Assembly: GCA_040754655.1 (NCBI GenBank)
Contig: JBFMCE010000114.1
Coordinates: 1 to 10,209 of the forward strand
Direction of reading: 5' to 3'
Length of the DNA: 10,209 bases
Source of the DNA: Bdellovibrionota bacterium
GTDB taxonomy: Bacteria; Bdellovibrionota; UBA1018; UBA923
How positions within the stretch are numbered: the first letter of the stretch is position 1; the number at the start of each line of letters is the position of its first letter. This document shows positions 1-10,101 of this stretch, one piece after another. Position numbers and translations under genes: made by a program. The notes under the pieces are model-generated. The model saw only the letters and a program-made list of their open reading frames with translations. It did not search any database and was not told where the DNA came from.

Positions 1-1142
<1,142 letters not shown>

Positions 1143-1150
1143 CTATCGGG

Positions 1151-4100
1151 TCAGTGACGTTCGAGGTCAATATCGATTGCCAGCGAACGAATTTCCTTGA
1201 CCAGCACATTAAAGGACTCCGGCATTCCGGCATCGATCTTGTGTTCGCCCTTGACTATGTTTTCGTATACCTTTGTACGTCCAGTTACGTCATCCGACTT
1301 GACAGTGAGCATCTCCTGCAGGACGTATGCAGCCCCATAAGCTTCCAGAGCCCAGACTTCCATCTCTCCGAAACGCTGCCCACCAAACTGGGCTTTACCA
1401 CCAAGAGGTTGTTGTGTAACAAGACTATATGGACCGGTAGAGCGCGCATGCATCTTGTCGTCAACCAAATGGTGTAGCTTAAGGACATGCATGTATCCAA
1501 CAGTCACCCGCCGATCGAACGGCTCTCCTGTGCGGCCATCAAACAGCGTAATCTGTCCATCAACCGGCAACCCGGCCAAGTCGAGCATAAACTTAATCTC
1601 GGATTCATGCGCTCCATCAAATACTGGAGTAGCAAAAGGCACACCCTTCTCTAGGTTACGCGCGAGTTCTATGACTTCATCATCAGTGAGACTACTGATG
1701 TCTTCTTTGCGCCCGGAAGTGTTATAAACTTTGGTTATAAATTTTCGAATCTCAGTTATCGGTAATTGCTTCTTCACCATTTCACCTATTTTCATACCCA
1801 ATCCCTTGGCCGCCCATCCAAGATGGGTCTCCAGAATTTGGCCAATGTTCATCCGAGATGGCACCCCAAGTGGATTTAGCACAATATCCATTGGTGTACC
1901 ATCTGCCATGTGCGGCATATCTTCTATCGGAACAATTTTTGAAACCACTCCTTTGTTGCCATGACGCCCGGCCATTTTGTCACCGGGCTGAAGCCGTCGC
2001 TTCACGGCAAGATACACTTTGACCATTTTCTGCACACCGGGAGGTAGATCATCACCTTGGGTAAGCTTCTTTTTCTTCTTTTCGAACAACTCATCGAAAT
2101 CTTTACGCGTCTGGTCAAGCGATTCACGCAAATTTTCTAGTTGTTGCTGCGCTTCTTCGTCAGCCAGAGAAATGTCAAACCAGTGATAATGGTCGATGGA
2201 GGCAAGGTAGTCTTTGGTGATCAGGCTGCCCTTTGCCAATTTCTTAGGTCCTTTATTAGCTATCTTCTTCAGCAACAACTTCTCGATGCGCGCATATGTG
2301 TCATGTTCGACAATCCGCATCTGATCCGCCAGATCTTTCTTATATCCCTTAAGCATATCGTCGATTATTGACTGGGCGCGTTTATCACGCTCAATCCCTT
2401 CGCGAGTAAAGACCTGCACGTCAATGACTGTGCCCACCATTCCGGAAGGGACACGTAGCGAAGTGTCTTTTACATCTGACGCCTTTTCACCAAAAATTGC
2501 GCGGAGCAGCTTCTCCTCTGGCGTAAGTTGCGTTTCACCTTTTGGTGTAACTTTGCCTACCAAAACGTCACCAGCCTCAACTTCAGCGCCAATAAACACG
2601 ATTCCTGATTCATCCAGACGCCCCAGTTGAGGTTCTCCTAGCGTGGCGATATCGGGCGTGATTTCTTCGGGACCAAGCTTTGTGTCACGCGCGACGACAG
2701 TGAGTTCCTCGATGTGAATGGAAGTAAATCGATCCTCTGCAACCACCCGTTCGGATATCAGGATCGAATCTTCGAAGTTGTATCCATTCCACGGCATAAA
2801 GGCAACTAACATGTTCTGGCCCAATGCCAATTCACCAAGGTCGGTTGAGGCTCCATCCGCCACCACGTCTCCCTTGGCAATTACATCGCCAACTTTTACG
2901 ATCGGGCGCTGGTTGATATTTGTATTCTGGTTGGAACGTGTGTACTTGATCAAATTGTAAATATCGACCCCTACTTCACCTGCAACCGTCTCTGTGTCAT
3001 TGACACGCACCACAATCCGATTCGCATCAACATAGTCTACTAATCCTCCGCGCAGGGCCTGTACGGCGGTCCCTGAGTCCACTGCAACGGTACGTTCGAT
3101 TCCTGTACCGACCAAGGCTTTTTCCGGTCGCAAACACGGAACGGCCTGACGTTGCATATTCGCTCCCATCAAGGCACGGTTCGCATCGTCATGTTCCAAG
3201 AAAGGAATCAATGAAGCGGCGACAGACACAATCTGACTCGGGGCTACATCCATGTACTGGACTTCTGCAGCCTCTTTGAGTTCAAACTCACCCTTGATAC
3301 GGCACGACACCAAAGCGTCTGTAAGTTTATTTTTTTTGTCAAGTTGAGCATTTGCTTGTGCAATGACATATTTTCCCTCTTCAATTGCAGAAAGAAATTC
3401 AACTTCGTCACTAACGTAACCCCCATCCACCTTGTGATAGGGTGTTTCCAGGAAACCGTATTCATTAGTTCGCGCGTAGAGCGCCAGCGAATTGATCAAT
3501 CCGATATTCGGGCCCTCTGGGGTCTCGATTGGACAAACTCGGCCATAATGAGTCGGATGAACGTCGCGCACCTCAAAGCCAGCGCGCTCGCGAGTCAATC
3601 CACCAGGGCCGAGTGCTGAAACCCGGCGCTTGTGCGTAATCTCTGATAATGGATTTGTCTGATCCATGAACTGGGAAAGCTGACTTGACCCGAAGAATTC
3701 CTTAATTGCAGCAGAAATAGGTTTGGCATTAATCAAATCATGCGGCATCAGGTTGTCGCTTTCGGCCTGATTCAGTCTTTCCTTGACGGCCCGCTCAACA
3801 CGGACCAGGCCAGCGCGAAACTGATTCTCTGCCAATTCACCAACGGATCGAACGCGGCGATTCCCAAGATGGTCAATATCGTCCACTTCACCACGGCCAT
3901 TGCGTAACTCTACAAGAATGCGAATTACATCGACAATATCCTCATTCGACAATGTTCCCGGGCCGTCAATTTCATCCCGTCCAACACGTCGATTAAATTT
4001 CATGCGCCCAACCGCAGAAAGGTCATAACGCTCGCTGGAGTAAAACAGACTATGAAAAAGATTCTCGACCGCGTCTTCCGTTGGTGGCTCGCCGGGACGC

Positions 4101-5221
4101 ATCATGCGATAAATTGCCACGCGGGCAGCCCATTGATCAGAAGTTTCATCAAGCCGCAAAGTCGATGAGATATAATCGCCACGATCAAGATCATTCACAT
4201 AAAGCGTCTGCAGATGATCAACACCCCTGGCAGTCAATTTGGCCAGCAACTCTTCGGTAATCTCGTCATTAGCATTGGCAAGCACCTCACCCGTTTCCCG
4301 ATCAATGATCGGTTGAGCAACAATGCGGCCCAGCATGTATTCTTCAGGCACGACGATTCTCTTGATTCCAGCCTCCACCAGCTCCCGGATATGTCGTGCG
4401 GTAATTCTTTTATCCTTGGCGACAATGATTTTCCCTGCTTTGTCAAGAATATCGAACTTCGCCATCTCGCCCCGCAACCGCTCAAGAACTGGCGCAAACT
4501 CAATCCCCTTCTTGGTGAAATAAAAGTTGTCGAACTCAAAGAAAGTGCTGAGAATTTGCTCAGGCGTCATCCCTATCGCCTTGAGCAGAATCGTTACTGG
4601 CATCTTGCGGCGCCGATCTATGCGGAAAAACAGGATGTCCTTCGGGTCAAATTCAAAGTCAAGCCATGATCCGCGATAAGGAATAATTCGAGCTGAAAAC
4701 AGCAGTTTTCCTGAACTGTGTGTCTTGCCCTTGTCATGCTCGAAAAAGACACCTGGCGAGCGATGCAGTTGGGAGACGATTACACGCTCAGTTCCATTAA
4801 TCACGAAAGAGCCAGTACTCGTCATCAAGGGGATCTCGCCCATATACAAAGGCTGATCCTCTTTGATCTCTTTCACGGCCTTGGTATCCCGATCAAGCAA
4901 TACTAGCCGTAACTTTGCACGCAATGGGCTAGCAAAAGTAAGGCCGCGCTGCTGGCACTCTCTGACATCGAAAACCGGTTCGCCGAGGGTGTATTCGATA
5001 AAGTCAAGCCGTGCATTTCCGGAATGGGCAACAATGGGAAAAATTGAAGTGAATGCAGCCTGCAGGCCATGATTTTGGCGTTGCGACGGCGGCACATCCG
5101 CCTGTAAAAAGTGCATGTAGGATTCGATTTGGGTTGCCAGCAGAAAAGGAACATTTAGAACATTTTCTCGTTTGGCAAAACTTTTGCGAATGCGCTTTTT
5201 TTCAGTATAGGAATACGCCAT
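1151..5221 (-). CDS. rpoB: DNA-directed RNA polymerase subunit beta (1356 aa)
   Basis: Hallmark motifs [115 protein letters not shown] at 5230-5227. Confidence 0.99.
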   Translation of the reverse strand: MAYSYTEKKRIRKSFAKRENVLNVPFLLATQIESYMHFLQADVPPSQRQNHGLQAAFTSIFPIVAHSGNARLDFIEYTLGEPVFDVRECQQRGLTFASPLRAKLRLVLLDRDTKAVKEIKEDQPLYMGEIPLMTSTGSFVINGTERVIVSQLHRSPGVFFEHDKGKTHSSGKLLFSARIIPYRGSWLDFEFDPKDILFFRIDRRRKMPVTILLKAIGMTPEQILSTFFEFDNFYFTKKGIEFAPVLERLRGEMAKFDILDKAGKIIVAKDKRITARHIRELVEAGIKRIVVPEEYMLGRIVAQPIIDRETGEVLANANDEITEELLAKLTARGVDHLQTLYVNDLDRGDYISSTLRLDETSDQWAARVAIYRMMRPGEPPTEDAVENLFHSLFYSSERYDLSAVGRMKFNRRVGRDEIDGPGTLSNEDIVDVIRILVELRNGRGEVDDIDHLGNRRVRSVGELAENQFRAGLVRVERAVKERLNQAESDNLMPHDLINAKPISAAIKEFFGSSQLSQFMDQTNPLSEITHKRRVSALGPGGLTRERAGFEVRDVHPTHYGRVCPIETPEGPNIGLINSLALYARTNEYGFLETPYHKVDGGYVSDEVEFLSAIEEGKYVIAQANAQLDKKNKLTDALVSCRIKGEFELKEAAEVQYMDVAPSQIVSVAASLIPFLEHDDANRALMGANMQRQAVPCLRPEKALVGTGIERTVAVDSGTAVQALRGGLVDYVDANRIVVRVNDTETVAGEVGVDIYNLIKYTRSNQNTNINQRPIVKVGDVIAKGDVVADGASTDLGELALGQNMLVAFMPWNGYNFEDSILISERVVAEDRFTSIHIEELTVVARDTKLGPEEITPDIATLGEPQLGRLDESGIVFIGAEVEAGDVLVGKVTPKGETQLTPEEKLLRAIFGEKASDVKDTSLRVPSGMVGTVIDVQVFTREGIERDKRAQSIIDDMLKGYKKDLADQMRIVEHDTYARIEKLLLKKIANKGPKKLAKGSLITKDYLASIDHYHWFDISLADEEAQQQLENLRESLDQTRKDFDELFEKKKKKLTQGDDLPPGVQKMVKVYLAVKRRLQPGDKMAGRHGNKGVVSKIVPIEDMPHMADGTPMDIVLNPLGVPSRMNIGQILETHLGWAAKGLGMKIGEMVKKQLPITEIRKFITKVYNTSGRKEDISSLTDDEVIELARNLEKGVPFATPVFDGAHESEIKFMLDLAGLPVDGQITLFDGRTGEPFDRRVTVGYMHVLKLHHLVDDKMHARSTGPYSLVTQQPLGGKAQFGGQRFGEMEVWALEAYGAAYVLQEMLTVKSDDVTGRTKVYENIVKGEHKIDAGMPESFNVLVKEIRSLAIDIDLERH

Positions 5222-5345
5222 GGTGGCTCCGTTCTTGATTCATGTGCAAAGATTAAAAGACAGAATTGCTACTTTATCTGCATAGCAGCAGTGCTCTCTT
5301 GTAACCCCGAGTTAAATGCCGCAAAAAAACCCGAGCATCATGTTT

Positions 5346-5385
5346 AAAAACACAAAACGGGTTGACAGCAATGCCGCCAACCCGC
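5346..5385 (-). terminator. Intrinsic terminator/attenuator between rplL and rpoB
   Basis: Minus strand reads CGGGUUGGCGGC-AUU-GCUGUCAACCCG (12-bp stem with 2 G-U pairs; arms 5384-5373 and 5369-5358), followed directly by UUUUGUGUUUUU. It starts about 14 nt after the rplL stop, the same position as the E. coli rplL-rpoB attenuator. Confidence 0.8.
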
Positions 5386-5398
5386 AACAAGACTATCG

Positions 5399-5776
5399 TT
5401 ACTTGACTTCAACTTTGGCGCCAGCTTCCTCAAGCTGCTTCTTGAGCGCTTCCGCATCTGCCTTTGAGACACCCTCTTTAACAGCCTTCGGCGCCCCATC
5501 CACCACATCCTTGGCCTCCTTCAGACCAAGACCGGTTGCTGCGCGAACCACCTTGATTACTTCAACCTTTTTCTCGCCAGCAGCGAGGAGCATGACAGTA
5601 AATTCAGTTTGTTCTTCAGCAGCGGCAGTTGCCCCAGCAGCGGGAGCAGCGACGGCCACGGCGGCGGCGGCAGCGGATACTCCAAACTTTTCTTCCATCT
5701 CCTTGATCAGTTCGGAAAGTTCAAGAACGGTCATGCCGGCAATGGCATCGAGAATTTCTGCTTTATTAACAGCCAT
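5399..5776 (-). CDS. rplL: 50S ribosomal protein L7/L12 (bL12)
   Basis: [23 protein letters not shown], Ala-rich hinge, [44 protein letters not shown] at 5789-5785. Confidence 0.99.
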   Translation of the reverse strand: MAVNKAEILDAIAGMTVLELSELIKEMEEKFGVSAAAAAVAVAAPAAGATAAAEEQTEFTVMLLAAGEKKVEVIKVVRAATGLGLKEAKDVVDGAPKAVKEGVSKADAEALKKQLEEAGAKVEVK

Positions 5777-5819
5777 ATTTACAACTCCTGAATGAAATTT
5801 AAAACATTAAGAAGAACAC

Positions 5820-6344
5820 TCATACGGTCTCTTTTGCATCGCGTACTGCAGCGAGGCCCCGTACGAATTTAGTCGGGACTTCGTTGAGCGTACGAACAAA
5901 CTGGGTGATTGGCGCCTGTATGGTACCGAGGAGTTTGGATAGTAATTCCTCACGACTCGGCATCGAGGCAAGCGCTTTAACCCCAGCTGCGTCCATGACG
6001 TAGTGAGGCATCGCACCTGCCTTGATTACGAGCTTCTCCTTATCCTTGGCGAAGTCATTGAGTAACTTGGCTGCAGCCACTGGATCTGTGGATATTCCAT
6101 AGATCAACGGCCCAACCAGTTTCCCGGAAAGCGCTTCGAACTGCGTGCCGGAAATGGCACGTCGCACCAAGGTGTTTTTCAACACGCGCAAATACACACC
6201 TGACTGACGTGCGTTGGCACGCAGCACGGTGAGATCCACCACCTCAAGACCACGATACTCTGCAGCGATAATCGACTGGGCATTCGCTATGACAGCAGAC
6301 ACCTCGGCAACTACCGCCTTCTTGTCATCAAGATTGAGACTCAC
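5820..6344 (-). CDS. rplJ: 50S ribosomal protein L10 (uL10), 174 aa from GTG start
   Basis: [15 protein letters not shown]...AEYRGL...[12 protein letters not shown]...[23 protein letters not shown] (6355-6351) abuts the ORF-track TTG at 6350 but lies 6 nt from GTG at 6344, so GTG is the likely start. Confidence 0.97.
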   Translation of the reverse strand: MSLNLDDKKAVVAEVSAVIANAQSIIAAEYRGLEVVDLTVLRANARQSGVYLRVLKNTLVRRAISGTQFEALSGKLVGPLIYGISTDPVAAAKLLNDFAKDKEKLVIKAGAMPHYVMDAAGVKALASMPSREELLSKLLGTIQAPITQFVRTLNEVPTKFVRGLAAVRDAKETV

Positions 6345-6525
6345 GGTCAACTCCTAGTCAAACAGCCAGGCCGGAAAGTCGGCTCTGGCAACACGGCGAC
6401 CTTCATTCAGGAACTGCATACGCACACTTCCTAGTATCGGGTAACGCCATCTGCGCAGGCTGCGACAGCGTTGATCCGCTGCCGATACTTAAGTCTTTAA
6501 CAGACACCTGCGGTCTTTGATAACC
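6345..6525 (-). promoter_or_regulatory. L10 leader (rplJL autogenous translational control RNA)
   Basis: Signature pair AAGACCGCAGG (6517-6507) ... UUAA ... CCUGCGCAGAUGG (6459-6447), with CGCAGG/CCUGCG complementarity. It encloses hairpins GUCU-GUUAA-AGAC and CGGCAGCG-GAUCAA-CGCUGUCG (6484-6463). It lies between rplA and rplJ. Boundaries are approximate. Confidence 0.88.
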
Positions 6526-6567
6526 TGCTGCGCTCCTGACAGGCCGCGCAACAGCCCAAAGTCTCTT

Positions 6568-7269
6568 CTAACCCTGCGCCCCCAGACTGGCCTGATCAAC
6601 GCGTACACCTATGCCCATCGTGCTGGAAAGCGAAATCTTTCGCAAATACTGCCCCTTCGAAGCTGCCGGTTTGGCCTTTTGCAAGGCATCAATCAGAGCC
6701 GCCGTGTTCTGCTGGAGCGATTCGACACTGAATGATGCGCGGCCAACCGTACAATGTACGATCCCCGCCTTGTCCGTACGATATTGAACCTGGCCAGCCT
6801 TGGCGTTCTTCACTGCAGTGGCCACGTCCATCGTCACAGTGCCTACTTTCGGATTGGGCATCAGGCCACGAGGACCAAGAACTTGGCCTAATGCACCGAC
6901 GATTCGCATCGCATCAGGAGTTGCAATGACCACGTCGAAATTCATGTTACCGGCCTTGACTTCTGCAGCGAGGTCCTCAAAACCGACAATATCTGCACCA
7001 GCCGTTTTGGCTGCCTCAGCTTTATCCCCCTGAGCAAAAACGGCAACTCGTACCGTTTTCCCTGTACCGGCAGGCAACACCACTGATCCACGAACAACCT
7101 GATCGGATTTTTTCGCATCGACGCCCAGGTTTACGGAAATATCCACAGATTCATCAAACTTGGCATTTGCACATTCCTTGATCAGCGCCAAAGCATCTGC
7201 CAAAGGGTATGCCTTATTTCGATCGACCTTTGCGCGAATCGACTGAATACGCTTGGAAAGCCTGGCCAT
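6568..7269 (-). CDS. rplA: 50S ribosomal protein L1 (uL1)
   Basis: [69 protein letters not shown] (7284-7280) lies inside the rplK 3' end, and the intergenic gap is 2 nt. Confidence 0.99.
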   Translation of the reverse strand: MARLSKRIQSIRAKVDRNKAYPLADALALIKECANAKFDESVDISVNLGVDAKKSDQVVRGSVVLPAGTGKTVRVAVFAQGDKAEAAKTAGADIVGFEDLAAEVKAGNMNFDVVIATPDAMRIVGALGQVLGPRGLMPNPKVGTVTMDVATAVKNAKAGQVQYRTDKAGIVHCTVGRASFSVESLQQNTAALIDALQKAKPAASKGQYLRKISLSSTMGIGVRVDQASLGAQG

Positions 7270-7271
7270 GA

Positions 7272-7703
7272 TCAGAGTCCCTCCACGGTAACGCCCATGC
7301 TGCGAGCCGACCCTGCGATCGTACGTACCGCAGCATCGAGATTAGCCGCCGTAAGGTCCTTCATTTTCGCTTTAGCGATCTCCTCGGCTTGTGCCATGGT
7401 TATCTTGCCTACCTTGTCCGTATGGGGCTTTGCCGAACCCTTCTGAATACCCGCTGCCTTTTTGATGAGAATGGTCGCCGGCGGCGTTTTCATCACAAAT
7501 GTAAAGCTCTTGTCGGCAAACGCTGTAATGACGACAGGAATGGGCAGACCCGGTTCGAGTCCTTGTGTCTGGGCGTTAAACGCCTTACAGAACTCCATGA
7601 TGTTAAGTCCGCGCTGACCAAGCGCAGGCCCGATCGGGGGTGATGGATTTGCCTTGCCTGCAGGCACCTGCAACTTGATATAACCGATGATTTTCTTGGC
7701 CAC
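7272..7703 (-). CDS. rplK: 50S ribosomal protein L11 (uL11), GTG start
   Basis: [44 protein letters not shown]...[24 protein letters not shown] at 7715-7709. Confidence 0.99.
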   Translation of the reverse strand: MAKKIIGYIKLQVPAGKANPSPPIGPALGQRGLNIMEFCKAFNAQTQGLEPGLPIPVVITAFADKSFTFVMKTPPATILIKKAAGIQKGSAKPHTDKVGKITMAQAEEIAKAKMKDLTAANLDAAVRTIAGSARSMGVTVEGL

Positions 7704-7722
7704 GATGGCTCCTTTATACGAT

Positions 7723-7762
7723 GAGTTTTAACGCGCTTTCGGTATCCCTACTGACACTCCTC
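7723..7762 (-). promoter_or_regulatory. Ribosomal protein L1-binding site in the rplK leader (rplKA autogenous control)
   Basis: Minus strand GAG-GA-GUG (7762-7755) ... CGC-GUUAAAA-CUC (7735-7723) forms two short helices flanking a GA/GUUAAAA asymmetric internal loop. This matches the architecture of the E. coli rplK leader site (GGG-GA-GCC...GGC-GUUAUUA-CCC, from memory) and sits just upstream of the rplK SD. Confidence 0.72.
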
Positions 7763-7832
7763 GACAACAACAATCTACTTCCAAACAATCCGACAAAGTC
7801 CGGCGAAATACCTCCCGAGGTACTCGACAACG

Positions 7833-8366
7833 TCATGTTTTCTCGACTTGAGCAAAATCCAGTTCAACCGGAGTGGCTCGACCAAAGATAGTGACCGAGA
7901 CATGGAGTCGGCTCTTTTCGTAATTCACGCTCTCAACATTGCCATTGAAGTCGGCAAACGGCCCTTCCTTGATCCTGACCAGCTCACCTACTTCAAACAA
8001 TACCTTGGGACGCGGCTTCTCCACACCATCCTGAACCTGCTGCATGATCTTGGCAACTTCCTTATCGGAAATCGGTGTTGGACGCATGGCCGTGCCACCA
8101 ATAAACCCGGTTACTTTCGGTGTACTTTTTACCAGATGCCAAGTCTCGTCATCCATCTCCATTTCGACAAGAACGTATCCAGGAAAAAACTTCCGCTCGG
8201 AAACCGTTTTCTGCCCATTCTTCATTTCGACAACTTCTTCTACCGGGACAAGCACTTGACCAAACTTTTCCAGCATTCCTGTGCGGGCAATACGTTCGAT
8301 AAGCGATCGTTGCACCGATTTCTCGAATCCCGAATAGGCGTGAACGACATACCAGCGTTTTGTCAT
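7833..8366 (-). CDS. nusG: Transcription termination/antitermination factor NusG (177 aa)
   Basis: [18 protein letters not shown]...[15 protein letters not shown]...KVTGFIGG...[16 protein letters not shown] (KOW)...[14 protein letters not shown]. The start is reassigned from 8405 to ATG 8366, which matches the conserved N-terminus and overlaps the secE stop (ATGA). Confidence 0.98.
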   Translation of the reverse strand: MTKRWYVVHAYSGFEKSVQRSLIERIARTGMLEKFGQVLVPVEEVVEMKNGQKTVSERKFFPGYVLVEMEMDDETWHLVKSTPKVTGFIGGTAMRPTPISDKEVAKIMQQVQDGVEKPRPKVLFEVGELVRIKEGPFADFNGNVESVNYEKSRLHVSVTIFGRATPVELDFAQVEKT

Positions 8367-8716
8367 AATTTTTTCCAGCCCAGTATCAGGTCGTAAAGCA
8401 CCCATTCAAGGCTCTTGTCCGTCGTCCACAACACAACCGCCATAATTAGAACAAACGCAAACACAACCCCGGTTGTTTGCACTGTTTCCCGTTTTGACGG
8501 CCAGACCACTTTTTTTGCTTCAACAACAGCTTCACGCGCGAACTGAATGAAACGGCTACCTGGCTCAGTGAACCAGGCCACCACGATCCCGGTTCCCAGA
8601 CCAAGAAGTACGGATAGAACACGGACTATCATTGGTTGCTCGCCAAGATAGTAGAAACCACCCACACCCGCGGCCAAAAGCAGCAACGCCAAGGCAAATT
8701 TGAGTTTATCGGCCAT
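8363..8716 (-). CDS. secE: Preprotein translocase subunit SecE (three-TM type, 117 aa)
   Basis: Three hydrophobic segments, the conserved [13 protein letters not shown] motif before the last TM, and the canonical position between tRNA-Trp and nusG. Confidence 0.97.
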   Translation of the reverse strand: MADKLKFALALLLLAAGVGGFYYLGEQPMIVRVLSVLLGLGTGIVVAWFTEPGSRFIQFAREAVVEAKKVVWPSKRETVQTTGVVFAFVLIMAVVLWTTDKSLEWVLYDLILGWKKL

Positions 8717-8755
8717 TTATAGTGTTAATCGATGGTACACAACAACAAAATCCTT

Positions 8756-8831
8756 TGGCAGGGGCGGAGGGAATCGAACCCCCAACCTGCGGTTTTGGAG
8801 ACCGCCGCTCTGCCAATTGAGCTACACCCCT
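8756..8831 (-). tRNA. tRNA-Trp (anticodon CCA)
   Basis: 76 nt: AGGGGTGTAGCTCAATTGGCAGAGCGGCGGTCTCCAAAACCGCAGGTTGGGGGTTCGATTCCCTCCGCCCCTGCCA. Acceptor stem AGGGGTG/CGCCCCT, D arm GCTC/GAGC, anticodon arm GCGGT-CTCCAAA-ACCGC (CCA at 8798-8796), T loop TTCGATT, discriminator G73, encoded 3' CCA. Confidence 0.99.
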
Positions 8832-8846
8832 GCAGCAGAGACCACC

Positions 8847-8876
8847 AGGCGATATCCGCGGTACCAGATATCACCC
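8847..8876 (-). other. Stem-loop between tuf and tRNA-Trp (no U-tract)
   Basis: Minus strand GGGUGAUAUCUG-GUACCG-CGGAUAUCGCCU forms a 12-bp stem with 3 G-U pairs, about 14 nt after the tuf stop and 15 nt before the tRNA 5' end. Confidence 0.55.
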
Positions 8877-8890
8877 TACCTGGACAAACA

Positions 8891-10081
8891 TTACTCAATA
8901 ATCTTTGCCACGACTCCTGCGCCGACGGTGCGGCCGCCCTCGCGAATGGCAAAACGCAGACCTTCTTCCATGGCAATCGGGGCAATCAGCTTGACGGTCA
9001 TCGCCACGTTGTCTCCTGGCATAACCATCTCCGTCCCCTCCGGCAGTTGAATCGCCCCCGTCACATCCGTCGTGCGGAAGTAAAACTGGGGACGATAGCC
9101 ATTGAAAAACGGCGTGTGCCGCCCTCCCTCATCCTTCGAGAGAATGTATACCTCGGAGGTGAAATGGGTGTGGGGTGTGATCGATCCCGGCTTGGCCAGC
9201 ACCTGACCCCGCTCGATATCTTCGCGTTTCGTGCCACGCAACAATACCCCCACGTTGTCTCCCGCCTGCCCTTGATCAAGTAGCTTGCGGAACATTTCAA
9301 CACCCGTGCAAATGGTCTTGCTGGTGGGCCTGATGCCAACAATTTCAATTTCTTCACCCACCTTGATGACCCCGCGCTCAACTCGGCCAGTAACCACGGT
9401 GCCACGACCTGAAATGGAAAACACGTCTTCGATCGGCAGCAGAAAGGGTTTGTCAATGGCGCGCTCAGGGGTCGGTATATAGCTGTCCAGTGCTTCAGCA
9501 AGCTTCATGATGGCTTCTTCGCCCAGAGGACCCTTGTCACCTTCCAGCGCTTTCAGGGCCGATCCCTTGATGATCGGTATGTCATCACCCGGAAAGTCAT
9601 ACTTGGAGAGGAGCTCGCGCACTTCCATTTCAACGAGCTCAAGCAATTCCTCGTCATCGACCATGTCACATTTGTTCATGAATACGATGATGTAGGGCAC
9701 GCCTACCTGGCGCGCCAGCAGAATGTGCTCGCGTGTTTGCGGCATCGGACCGTCAGCCGCCGATACCACAAGAATCGCACCGTCCATCTGGGCCGCGCCG
9801 GTAATCATGTTCTTCACGTAGTCGGCATGCCCCGGACAATCCACATGCGCGTAGTGACGATTCGCCGTTTCGTATTCAACGTGTGCCGTGTTAATGGTGA
9901 TGCCGCGCGCCTTTTCCTCGGGCGCCGCGTCAATTTGGTCGTAGGCCTTCGCTTCGCCTCCAAATTTCGCCGACAGAATCGTCGTGATCGCCGCCGTCAA
10001 TGTCGTCTTGCCATGATCCACATGCCCAATCGTCCCAACATTCACGTGCGGCTTCGTCCGCTCAAACTTGCCTTTTGCCAT
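8891..10081 (-). CDS. tuf: Elongation factor Tu (396 aa)
   Basis: [27 protein letters not shown] (P-loop), [47 protein letters not shown] at 10096-10091. Confidence 0.99.
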   Translation of the reverse strand: MAKGKFERTKPHVNVGTIGHVDHGKTTLTAAITTILSAKFGGEAKAYDQIDAAPEEKARGITINTAHVEYETANRHYAHVDCPGHADYVKNMITGAAQMDGAILVVSAADGPMPQTREHILLARQVGVPYIIVFMNKCDMVDDEELLELVEMEVRELLSKYDFPGDDIPIIKGSALKALEGDKGPLGEEAIMKLAEALDSYIPTPERAIDKPFLLPIEDVFSISGRGTVVTGRVERGVIKVGEEIEIVGIRPTSKTICTGVEMFRKLLDQGQAGDNVGVLLRGTKREDIERGQVLAKPGSITPHTHFTSEVYILSKDEGGRHTPFFNGYRPQFYFRTTDVTGAIQLPEGTEMVMPGDNVAMTVKLIAPIAMEEGLRFAIREGGRTVGAGVVAKIIE

Positions 10082-10101
10082 GTTTAAATGCCCCTCAAGG
10101 A

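Noticed and set aside
3485..3700. Possible rifampicin-resistance substitutions in RpoB
   Set aside because: Residues equivalent to E. coli Q513, D516, S522, H526, R529, S531, L533, I572 and S574 (and V146 in ERVIVSQ) are all wild type.
5630..5680. GCG/GCC-rich low-complexity repeat in rplL
   Set aside because: It simply encodes the normal Ala-rich hinge of L7/L12.
7704..7832. Internal sigma70 promoters upstream of rplK or rplJ
   Set aside because: They are expected by analogy with E. coli, but I could not find a convincing -35/-10 pair by eye.
8717..8831. tRNA-Trp as an occupied integration site or suppressor tRNA
   Set aside because: There is no duplicated tRNA 3' end or integrase, secE follows after 39 nt, and the anticodon is standard CCA. 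TGA is used as a normal stop in several genes.
8725..8985. 86-aa minus-strand ORF between tuf and secE
   Set aside because: It overlaps the tuf 3' end out of frame and runs through the entire tRNA-Trp, so it is spurious.
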